DNA from: Micropepsales bacterium
GTDB taxonomy: Bacteria; Pseudomonadota; Alphaproteobacteria; Micropepsales; Micropepsaceae
Reading direction: 5' to 3'
NCBI GenBank assembly: GCA_038324265.1
Contig: JBBQHU010000010.1
Location: forward strand, 1,843 to 65,842
DNA: 64,000 nt
Below the pieces are notes generated by a model, which did no database searches, was not told the origin of the DNA, and saw nothing but the letters and a program-made list of their open reading frames with translations. Position numbers and translations under genes: made by a program. Positions 1 to 8,434 of this stretch are shown here, in pieces; the first letter of the stretch is position 1; the number at the start of each line of letters is the position of its first letter.

Positions 1-3000
1 GGCCTGCGCCGGAACCGGACCGCTGTAGCCCGCACCACTGCTTGGTACCGGTGCCGGTGCCGCGCTGCCCTGTGCCACGCCCGATCCGAGCGGACGGCCA
101 TAGCCATAGGCACCGGCCGGACCGCCCGGTTGAGCATAAGTGTAGCCACCATAACCAGCGCCATAGCCCGGACCGGCATTCTGGCCGTAGCCATAGCCTG
201 AGGTGCCTGCCGCGGCGCCGCCATAGCCATAGCCCTGGCCGCCAGCTGCGGCGCCATAGCCATAACCCAGACCACCTGCCGGGGCGCCGTAGCCCTGGCC
301 AGCCGCCGGAACGCCATAGCCATAACCCTGGCCCGCTGCCGGAGCTGCGCCGGCGTAACCATAGCCGGGAGCGGCACTGGCATAGCCATAACCGCCAGCC
401 GGTCCATAGGCGGTGCCATTGCCGTTCGAATTGGCCACGCTGAAATTGCCGTTGTTGTTGGCATAGTCGGCGTAGCTGGAGGCAGCGTTGTATCCGTAAC
501 CCGTGGTGTTGTTGGCGACCTGGTTGTTGGCGTTCGAATTCTGGTTGTTGCCGTTGTTGCTGTAGTAATTCTGATTGTTGGCGTTCTGGTTGTTATTGTT
601 CTGCTGGCTGTTGTTCTGATTGTCGTTGAAGTTGTTGTTGTTCGTATTGTCGTTGCTGGTGTTGTTGTTCGCGTTGTTGTTGAAGTCGTTGTTGTTCTGG
701 CTGTTGTAGTTGTTATTCGCAACGTTGTTATTGTTCGCGTTATTGTTCGCGTTATTGTTCGCGTTATTGTTCGCGTTGTTGTTTGCGTTGTTGTTTGCGT
801 TGTTGTTCGTCAGCGCATTGTTGTTGAAGTTGTTGCTGGTCTGGTATTGTGTCTGGTTCTGATTGTTTGCGAGATTGAACGTGTTGTTGCCAGGCGTGCC
901 GCTTCCGCCGCCCGAGCCATTGCCGATACCCACGCCCACGCCCACGCCCACGCCGATGCCCGTGCCGGTACCCGTGCCGGTACCCGTGCCGGTACCCGTA
1001 CCAGTACCAGTACCAGTCGCATTCGAATTGGAGTTCGCGTTGGCATTGGCAGTGTTGGCGTTGTTGTTCGTGCTGGTGTTGTTGTTGGTCGCGTTGCCGC
1101 CGGTGCCAATGCCCAGGCCCGTGCCATTGCCGCCGGTTCCGGTCGCGTTGGCGTTGCCACCGGTAGCGTTGCCACCCGTGCCATTGCCGCCTGCGCCGCC
1201 GTACCCGTAGCCGTAGCCGTTCGCCGTGGCGTTTCCGCCGGTCGCAGTATTGGTGTTGGTGTTGTCAGCTGTGGCGTTTCCACCATAACCATAGCCACTG
1301 GCCGTATTGGTATTGTCGTTGGTGGCATTGCCGCCATAGCCCGCGCCGCCATAGCCGGTACCATTGGCCGTGATTGTCGGATTGATTGTGGCGGTGTTGT
1401 CGGCGTTGCCGCCCGTGCCATAGCCGTAACCGCCGGCGCCGCCGGTCGCGGCGATGGTATTGGTGTTGTCGGCATTGCCGCCGGTCGCCCGCGCGCTGTT
1501 GTCCAGCGTATTGGCATTGGTGGCATTTGATGTGCCGCCGGTTGCATTCGACGCGCTGGCATTGTCCAGCGTGATAGCGGCGACAGAACCGCCTGTGGCC
1601 GAACCGCCGGTACCCAGAGCATAGACCGTCGAGGATCCGCCGGCGCCACCGGTGGCGTTGCCGCCTTCGCTGCTGGTGGTAATGGTCGGCGACTGTGTCT
1701 GCGCCTGGGTCAGATCATTGCGGTTGGTGGCCGTGCCGCCCGTGGCATTGCCGCCGGCCGCAGTCAGGGTCGGGCTGATCGTGGTGTCGTTGTTGGCCGT
1801 TCCGCCCGTGGCGGTCGAGGTGTTGGTACCGCCCGTGCCATAGCCGTAGCCGCCCGTAGCGGTGGTGTCGCCTACGGTGCCGCCCGTCGCATTCGCGGTT
1901 CCGCCCGAACCGCCGAAGCCACCTGCGCCGCCCGCGGCGTAAATGGTGGGCGAGATCGATGCGTCAACTGTCGGCGAAATCGTGACATTGGGCGCGATGG
2001 TGGCGTTGTTGTCCGAAGTCGCATTGCCGCCGGCGCCGCCAAAGCCCGAGCCGCCAAATCCAGTGCCACCGGTCGCGGAATTACTGATGTCGCCGGTGGT
2101 CTGCGCCTGGTCGTTGGTCTGGGCCAGCGTGATGGTCGGGTTGGCGGTCTGGTCGCCACCGGTGAAGGTGTTGCCGCCGCTGTTGCCGCCAAATCCGCCC
2201 GCACCGCCAAAGCCGCCCGCGCCGCCCGTTGCGGTGTTGGTGGGATTGGCAGTCTGGGTCACGTCGCCATTGGTCGCTGCGCCGCCCGCGGCTGCACCGC
2301 CGGTGGCGTTGCTGGACGCGTCGATGGTGATGGACGGGAACGTGCCCGAGCCGGTGCCGCCGGTGTTGGTATCGCCCGTGACATACACGGTCTGCGTCGG
2401 CGTCTGGGTGTTGGTCTGGTCGCCGCTGGTGAAAGTCGGATTGGCCGTCAGCGTCGGATTCGCAGTTTGCGTCTGCGCGTTATTGTTGGTCTGTGCCTGG
2501 CTGATGGTCGGATTGGCGGTGAAGGTATTGCCGCCGCTGTTGCTGTTGCCGCCCGTGGCGCTGGTGTCGCCGACGCTGCCGCCATTTCCGCCTGTGCCGG
2601 TTGCGGCAGCGGTGATTGTCGGATTGACGTCGATCGTGGGATTGGCGCTCGCAGTGCTGTTGCCGCCCTGGCCGCCCGTTGCGGTGTTGTCGCCGCCGGT
2701 GAACGTGCCGCCAGAGAAGGTGTTGCCACCGCTATTACCGCCAAAGCCGCCCGCGCCGCCCGCGGCGGAGGTATCGCCCACGGTGCCGCCGAACGATGTG
2801 ATGGTCGGATTGAATGTAATGGTGGGCGTCGCTGTGGCGTTGCCGCCGGTCGCATTGCCGCCCGCACCACCAAAACCGCCCGCACCGCCAAAGCCGGTGC
2901 CGGACGCGGTGGTGTCGCCTACACTGGACGCGCCGCCAAAACCGCCCGCGCCGCCGGCTGCCGCATTGGTCGCGGTCTGGGTCTGGTCGCCGTTGGTCGC

Positions 3001-6000
3001 CGTACCGCCGGTGGCCGAGTTGGTGCCGCCGCTGCTGGTATTGTCGATGGTGATGTTCGGCGTCGAGCCGCTGCCCGAGCCGGATCCGCCCAGCACGAAG
3101 ACCGTCACTGTCGGGGTGACAGTGGTGGACTGATCGCCGCTGGTGAAGCTGGGATTCGCGGTCTGCGTTTGGTTGTTGGTCGGGTTTGCGGTGAAGGTGT
3201 TGCCGCCGCTGTTTCCGCCCGTCGCCGTCTGGTCGCCGCCTGTGACATTGCCGTTGGTGGCGTTGCCGCCCGTGCCTGTGCCCGTGCCGGTGCCGTTGGC
3301 AGTATTGTCGCCGCCGGTGAGGGTGATGGGACCGTTGTTGGCGCTGGTGTCGCCGACGCTGCCGCCGAAGCCGCCCGCACCGCCGGTGCCCGACGACGTG
3401 ATGTTGGGCGTGAAGGTGATGGTCGGGTTGGCGGTGGAGGAACCACCGAAACCGCCTGCGCCGCCGAAGCCGCCGGCTCCGCCCTGCGAAGTGTTGTCGT
3501 TGGTGTTGGTCGAGCTGCCGCCCGCGCCGCCGAAGCCGGTGCCCGAAGCGGTTGTGTCGCCGACGCTGCCGCCCGTGCCGGTGCCTGTTCCAGTACCGCC
3601 GGTGGCCGAGTTGGTGCCGCCGCTGCTGGTATTGTCGATGGTGATGTTGGGTGTGGAGCCGCTGCCGCCCGAACCGGTGCCGCCCAGGACGAAGATCGTC
3701 GCGGTGGGGTTGACGGTGTTGGTCGGGTTCGCCGTGTTGGTGTTGTTCGGCGAATAGCTGGGATTGAAGGTCGGGTTGAATGCCGGGTTGAAGGTCGGCG
3801 TGAAGGCGTTGTCGTTGGTGTTGGTACCAGTGTTCGTGCCGGTCGTGTTGCCGCCAGTGTTGGTCTGGTCGCCGCCTGTGACCACGATGGGACCGGTCGC
3901 CGCGGTGGTGTCACCCACGCTGCCGCCAAAGCCGCCGGCGCCGCCGGTGGAGGAGATGACGGGATTGACGCTGATGGTGGGGCTGGAGGTGGCCGTGCCG
4001 CCCGCGCCGCCAAAGCCGTTGCCGCCTGCACCGCCAAAGCCGCCCGCGCCGCCAAAGCCCGTGCCACCGGTCGCAGAGGTGTCGCCCACACTGCCACCCG
4101 CCGCCGCATTGGTGGCGCTCTGGGTCTGGTCGCCATTGCTGCCGCCAGTGGCGGCATTGGTGCCGGAGTTGGTGTTGTCGATGGAAATGGACGGGAACGA
4201 GCCCGAACCGCCGCCGCCCGTGCCGGTGCCACCGATGATGAAGACGGTGGCGGTATAGCTGGGGCTGGCTGTCTGGGTCGGGTTCGACGTCAGGTTCGGG
4301 TTGGCCGTGAAGCTGGGATTGGCGTTGAAGGTCGGGCTGGCCGTCTGGGTATTGGTCTGGGCCTGATCGTTGGTCTGCGCCTGGGTCGTGGTGTTGGCGT
4401 TGGTCGCGGTCTGGTCGCCACCGGTAAAGGTGTTGCCGCCGCTGGCCGAGGTCGTGTCGCCCACGCTGCCGCCCAGGCCCGTGCCGGTGCCGCTGGACGT
4501 GACGGTGGGGGTGAATGTGAAAGTGGGATTGACCGTGTTGGTCGAACTGCCGCCGGCGCCGCCGAAGCCGCCTGCGCCGCCAAAGCCGCCGGCTCCGCCG
4601 GTGGCGTTGCCGCCCGTACCGCCAGTGGCAGCTGCCGTGTTGGTGGCTGAGCCGCCCGTGGCGCTGTTGTCGCCGCCAGTCAGGGTGTTATCGCCGGTCT
4701 TGTTGGAATTGTCGGCCGAGTTGTCGATCGTCAGGTTGAGCGGCGAACCCGTGCCGCTGCCCGAACCCGAGCCGCCACCGATTACGAAGACGGTCGCGGT
4801 GGGCGTGACATTGTTGGTCGTGGTGTTGGCATTGGTCGGCGCATAGCTGTTGCTGGGCGAGAAGCTCAGCGACGGATTGAAGGTCGGGTTGAAGGTGGGT
4901 GTGAAGGTCGAGGTGTTGGTGCCCGTCACGTCGCCATTGGTCGCATTGCCGCCGGTAGCGTTGCCGCCATTCCCGCCCTGGCCGTAACCACCGAAGCCGT
5001 TGCCCGTGCCGCCATTGGCGGTGACGGTCGGGTTCGCCGTGGCGCTACCGCCATTGGCGTTGTTGTCGTTGGTGTTGGTCGAGTTGCCGCCGGCTGCTGC
5101 CGACGTGGTGTCGCCCACCGAGGCGCCGGACGCATTGCTGGAGGCATCGATGATGATGTTGGGGAGGGTGCTGCCTGTGCCGCCGCCCGTGCCGGTGCCG
5201 CCGATGACGAACACTGTGGCCGTGCCGCCGGTGCCGCCCTGGCCGCCTGCGCCGCCGAATCCGCCAGCACCGCCCTCGGCGGTGTTGGTGTTGTTCGGGT
5301 TGAAGGTATTGGTCGGGCTGACGGTGTTGGTGCTGGTATTGGTACCAGTGTTGGTGCCCGTATTCGTGTTGGTGCCGGTCTGGGCCTGGGTCTGGTCGCT
5401 GGTGGCGGTGGTGTCGCCAACAGTCGAGGTGCCGCCAGTGCCTGTGCCATTGCCGTTGCCGATCACGGTTAGCGCGATCGAGGGCGTCGAGCCCGTGCCG
5501 CCGCCGGTCGAGCCGTAATTGTTGTTGGTGACAGATCCGCCGGCGCCGCCATAGCCATAGCCGTAGCCATTGCCACCATAGCCGTTACCCGTGCCACCGG
5601 TGGCGTTGCCGCCCGTGCCCGTGCCGCCTGTCGCATCGTTGCTGTTGGTCTGGGCGCTGGCTTGCGTGTTGGTGTTGCTGCCGCCCGTCGCGGTGGTGTC
5701 GCCGGTGGTCTGCTTGGAGGAATTGTCGGCGGAATTGTCCACCGTCAGATAGATCGGCGTGGTCGAGCCGCCGCTGGTGCCGCTGCCGCTGCCCGAGCCC
5801 AGATTGATGACATAGACCGTGGCCTGTCCGCCCTGTCCGCCCTGCGCCGTCTGGCTTTGGGTCGGGGAATAGGTGTTGCTGGGCGAATAGGACGGATTGA
5901 ACGTCGGGTTGAACGTGGGATTGAAGGTCGGTGTGAAAGTATTGACAGGCGTATTGACGTTGGTCGGCGTGTAGACATTCGTCGGCGTGTTGGTCGCCGT

Positions 6001-8103
6001 CGAGGTCTGCGTCTGGGTCTGGGTGCCGCCAGTCGCGGTGCCGCCAATGGTCGTGCTGCTGCCGCCATAGACGGACGCATCGTTATTGGATGTGGCGCTG
6101 CCGCCATAGCCGTTTCCGGTACCGCCCGTGCCGCCCTGGCCGCCGGCACCGCCGGCTGCGATGTTTGTACCGCCCGTGCCGGTACCGCCGGTGGCAGTAG
6201 AGGCGCTGGAATTGTCGTTCTTGTTGTTGGCGCTGCCGCCGGTCGCGGTGACATCGACCTCGGCGCCGCCGCCGGTGCCGCCATAGCCCACCCCGCCTGC
6301 ACCGCCATTGGCCACGCCGCCGGCGCCGCCTTCGGAACTGGAGTTGGAGGTGCCGCCGGTGGCGCCGATCACAGTGATGTTGGTGGTGCCGCCCGAAGCG
6401 GTGGAGGTGCCGCCGGTCGAGGAATTGTTGTTGGTGCTCTTGATCGTTGAGTTGAGCTCGGAGATCGCCGCGGCGAGCGCCAGGGCAGCCGCGTCCGACG
6501 ACGAATTGTTGTTGTTCGTCGTGGTGTTGTTGTTGTTATTATTATTGTTGTTGTTGTTGTTGTTATTGTTGTTGTTGCTACCGCCACCATTGCCGCCGCC
6601 GCCACCATGGCCGTTGCCGCCGCCATGGCCGCCATTGCCATAGTTGAAGACGTTGGTCTTCTGGATGTCGATATTCTTGGTGATGTTGATGTTCTTCGAG
6701 GCGTCGATGACCTTCGAATTGTCGATCACCTTCGAATTGTCGATATTCTTGGTGATATTGATGTTCTTGGAGGCGTCAATGTTGTTGGTGATCGTGATCG
6801 GCTTGTTGATCATGATCGGCTTGTTGATATTGATGCTCTTGGACGCATCAATATTGTTGGTGACGTGATTGTCCTTGTAGACGTTGATGCTCTTGGACGC
6901 GTCAATGTTGTTGTTGATGGTGATCGGCTTGTAGATGTCGATCTTCTTCGAATTGTCGATATTGTTGGTGACGCGATTGTCCTTGTAGATGTCGATCCGC
7001 TTGGACGCGTCAATGTTCTTGGTGAAGCTGATATTGTTGTTGACGTCGATCCGCTTCGAATTGTCGATATTGTTGGTGACGCGGTTGTCCTTGTAGATGT
7101 CGATCCGCTTGGACGCGTCGATATTCTTAGTGAAGTTGATGTTATTGTTGCTGTTGACGTCGATCCGCTTGGACGCGTCAATGTTCTTGGTGAAGCTGAT
7201 ATTGTTGTTGACGTCAATCCGCTTCGAATTGTCGATATTGTTGGTGACGCGATTGTCCTTGCTGACATTGATCTGCTTGGACGCGTCGATGTTCCTGGTG
7301 AAGTTGAAATTGTTGGTGACGTCGATCTTGTGGCCACCGCCAAAACCGGCCTGGTTGCCGCCGCCCGTGCCTGAAGACTGGCCGCTGACATCAATTTTGC
7401 GGCTGTTGTCGAAGTTGCGGTTGCCGCCGAACACAGATGGGGTGGAGGGGGCCTGGCTGCCCTGCACGTCGATCTTGCGCGAGCCGCCGAAATTGTGGCT
7501 GCTGCCCAGGCTTTTCGTCGTGTCGAAGTTCATGCGCTGCGACGTGTCGGTCGCGGGACTGTTGCCGCCGCCGAACACGTTCAGCTGACGGCCGCCAAAA
7601 CCGGCGCGGTTGCCGCTGTCGAAGCTCTTGGGCGTTTCAACATTCATGCGCTGCGAGGCCGCATTGCCTGCATCGCTGTTGTTGCCGCCAATGACGTTAA
7701 GCTTGCGGCCGCCGAAAGTCGTAGCAGTGTTGGTGTCGATATTGTGGCTGCCAGCATTCACGCTGGGAACGGCGCTGTCCGGGGTGCGATTGCCGCCACC
7801 AAAGACATTGAGCGGCTTGCTCATACCGATATTGCCGCTGACATTGGTGTTAATGTTGCCGACATTGGGCCGGAAGGCGCTGGTCGAGTTGACGCCCGGA
7901 ACGCCCGGCACATTCATCTGGCGAATGTTGTTAAAGCCCGCCAATCCGTCGCAGGTCACATTTGAGACACCGGCACTCATGCCGGAAGGACGTCCCCATG
8001 TCTCAAGCTGGCTCATGCCGCTGGCTTCCGCAGCCAGCGGTTCAATCACCATGCCGGCCGAGGCCAGCGCTGAAGTGAGGTACATCAAAGACTTGACGGA
8101 CAT
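1..8103 (-). CDS. Giant secreted low-complexity repeat protein (G/T/N/S/A-rich), at least 2701 aa, 3' end outside the window
   Basis: Manual translation from ATG 8103: MSVKSLMYLTSALASAGMVIEPLAAEA|SGMSQ..., preceded by GAAGGA. Same frame still open at position 1 (...GYSGPVPAQA). The track lists no minus-strand ORF in this frame, as expected for an ORF lacking a stop, while the long in-register antisense ORFs (847, 2467, 5662, 6607, 7495) mirror it. Strong GGC/ACC/AAC codon bias. Confidence 0.93.
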   Translation of the reverse strand, partial: MSVKSLMYLTSALASAGMVIEPLAAEASGMSQLETWGRPSGMSAGVSNVTCDGLAGFNNIRQMNVPGVPGVNSTSAFRPNVGNINTNVSGNIGMSKPLNVFGGGNRTPDSAVPSVNAGSHNIDTNTATTFGGRKLNVIGGNNSDAGNAASQRMNVETPKSFDSGNRAGFGGRQLNVFGGGNSPATDTSQRMNFDTTKSLGSSHNFGGSRKIDVQGSQAPSTPSVFGGNRNFDNSRKIDVSGQSSGTGGGNQAGFGGGHKIDVTNNFNFTRNIDASKQINVSKDNRVTNNIDNSKRIDVNNNISFTKNIDASKRIDVNSNNNINFTKNIDASKRIDIYKDNRVTNNIDNSKRIDVNNNISFTKNIDASKRIDIYKDNRVTNNIDNSKKIDIYKPITINNNIDASKSINVYKDNHVTNNIDASKSININKPIMINKPITITNNIDASKNINITKNIDNSKVIDNSKVIDASKNINITKNIDIQKTNVFNYGNGGHGGGNGHGGGGGNGGGSNNNNNNNNNNNNNNNNNTTTNNNNSSSDAAALALAAAISELNSTIKSTNNNSSTGGTSTASGGTTNITVIGATGGTSNSSSEGGAGGVANGGAGGVGYGGTGGGAEVDVTATGGSANNKNDNSSASTATGGTGTGGTNIAAGGAGGQGGTGGTGNGYGGSATSNNDASVYGGSSTTIGGTATGGTQTQTQTSTATNTPTNVYTPTNVNTPVNTFTPTFNPTFNPTFNPSYSPSNTYSPTQSQTAQGGQGGQATVYVINLGSGSGSGTSGGSTTPIYLTVDNSADNSSKQTTGDTTATGGSNTNTQASAQTNSNDATGGTGTGGNATGGTGNGYGGNGYGYGYGGAGGSVTNNNYGSTGGGTGSTPSIALTVIGNGNGTGTGGTSTVGDTTATSDQTQAQTGTNTNTGTNTGTNTSTNTVSPTNTFNPNNTNTAEGGAGGFGGAGGQGGTGGTATVFVIGGTGTGGGTGSTLPNIIIDASSNASGASVGDTTSAAAGGNSTNTNDNNANGGSATANPTVTANGGTGNGFGGYGQGGNGGNATGGNATNGDVTGTNTSTFTPTFNPTFNPSLSFSPSNSYAPTNANTTTNNVTPTATVFVIGGGSGSGSGTGSPLNLTIDNSADNSNKTGDNTLTGGDNSATGGSATNTAAATGGTGGNATGGAGGFGGAGGFGGAGGSSTNTVNPTFTFTPTVTSSGTGTGLGGSVGDTTSASGGNTFTGGDQTATNANTTTQAQTNDQAQTNTQTASPTFNANPSFTANPNLTSNPTQTASPSYTATVFIIGGTGTGGGGSGSFPSISIDNTNSGTNAATGGSNGDQTQSATNAAAGGSVGDTSATGGTGFGGAGGFGGAGGNGFGGAGGTATSSPTISVNPVISSTGGAGGFGGSVGDTTAATGPIVVTGGDQTNTGGNTTGTNTGTNTNDNAFTPTFNPAFNPTFNPSYSPNNTNTANPTNTVNPTATIFVLGGTGSGGSGSTPNITIDNTSSGGTNSATGGTGTGTGTGGSVGDTTASGTGFGGAGGSSTNTNDNTSQGGAGGFGGAGGFGGSSTANPTITFTPNITSSGTGGAGGFGGSVGDTSANNGPITLTGGDNTANGTGTGTGTGGNATNGNVTGGDQTATGGNSGGNTFTANPTNNQTQTANPSFTSGDQSTTVTPTVTVFVLGGSGSGSGSTPNITIDNTSSGGTNSATGGTATNGDQTQTATNAAAGGAGGFGGASSVGDTTASGTGFGGAGGFGGAGGNATGGNATATPTITFNPTITSFGGTVGDTSAAGGAGGFGGNSGGNTFSGGTFTGGDNTATGGQGGNSTASANPTIDVNPTITAAATGTGGNGGSVGDTSATGGNSNSGGNTFTANPTISQAQTNNNAQTQTANPTLTANPTFTSGDQTNTQTPTQTVYVTGDTNTGGTGSGTFPSITIDASSNATGGAAAGGAATNGDVTQTANPTNTATGGAGGFGGAGGFGGNSGGNTFTGGDQTANPTITLAQTNDQAQTTGDISNSATGGTGFGGSGFGGAGGNATSDNNATIAPNVTISPTVDASISPTIYAAGGAGGFGGSGGTANATGGTVGDTTATGGYGYGTGGTNTSTATGGTANNDTTISPTLTAAGGNATGGTATNRNDLTQAQTQSPTITTSSEGGNATGGAGGSSTVYALGTGGSATGGSVAAITLDNASASNATGGTSNATNANTLDNSARATGGNADNTNTIAATGGAGGYGYGTGGNADNTATINPTITANGTGYGGAGYGGNATNDNTNTASGYGYGGNATADNTNTNTATGGNATANGYGYGYGGAGGNGTGGNATGGNANATGTGGNGTGLGIGTGGNATNNNTSTNNNANTANANANSNSNATGTGTGTGTGTGTGTGTGTGIGVGVGVGVGIGNGSGGGSGTPGNNTFNLANNQNQTQYQTSNNFNNNALTNNNANNNANNNANNNANNNANNNANNNNVANNNYNSQNNNDFNNNANNNTSNDNTNNNNFNDNQNNSQQNNNNQNANNQNYYSNNGNNQNSNANNQVANNTTGYGYNAASSYADYANNNGNFSVANSNGNGTAYGPAGGYGYASAAPGYGYAGAAPAAGQGYGYGVPAAGQGYGAPAGGLGYGYGAAAGGQGYGYGGAAAGTSGYGYGQNAGPGYGAGYGGYTYAQPGGPAGAYGYGRPLGSGVAQGSAAPAPVPSSGAGYSGPVPAQA
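6526..6576 (-). repeat. (AAY)17 trinucleotide tract encoding poly-Asn
   Basis: 17 consecutive gtt/att triplets on the + strand, in the giant ORF frame. Confidence 0.92.
6664..7330 (-). repeat. Coding repeat array: 13 ID(A/N)SK units, often with 18-aa period
   Basis: e.g. NIDASKRIDIYKDNRVTN-NIDNSKRIDVNNNISFTK; near-identical DNA copies visible. Confidence 0.9.
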
Positions 8104-8151
8104 TTGTACTAATCCTTCGCCATTAGGGGCATGAATGGTCGAGACAGACGC

Positions 8152-8168
8152 TTCATGATCCGTGCCAG
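8152..8168 (-). promoter_or_regulatory. Possible sigma54 (-24/-12) promoter for the giant gene
   Basis: CTGGCACGGATCATGAA vs consensus YTGGCACGRNNNTTGCW: perfect -24 element, deviant -12 (ATGA). Confidence 0.3.
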
Positions 8169-8434
8169 CTAGGGAGCCCCCAATGTGAAGTCCGTCCCAA
8201 AACGGGACGGCGCTTTTATTGCGGTCAGTGTGGGGCACAACCGATAAAAATCCGGTAATCGCGGAAACCAAATTCGGTAAATAAGTGGCCCATTTCGGGA
8301 ATATGGCCTGCGATCTGCGCATTAGCGCTGCGTAAAGGCTGATGGCATGGCTTTCGCTCTGTTGGTTCCCAAGAGGCCGCAAGGCGTTCCGTTACGGAGC
8401 ATCGCGGTCAGGTCACAAGGGAATGACAGGGGCC

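Noticed and set aside
1560-6400. Calling the giant protein PE-PGRS, RTX or InaZ
   Set aside because: No PE domain; I saw no canonical GGxGxDxL nonapeptides (only GDNTLTGG- and GNTFTGG-like variants) and it has an N-terminal signal peptide; no AGYGSTxTA repeat register.
6664-7330. Regularly spaced DNA repeats resembling a CRISPR array
   Set aside because: Repeats are in-frame, vary at synonymous positions and lack unique spacers; no cas genes in the window.
42-8134. The many Pro/Val-, Ala/Arg- and Leu-rich ORFs in the track (e.g. 2467..4650 +, 1943..3133 +, 3105..4232 -)
   Set aside because: Antisense or off-frame shadows of the single giant minus-strand gene; GGC/ACC/AAC codons yield stop-poor alternative frames.
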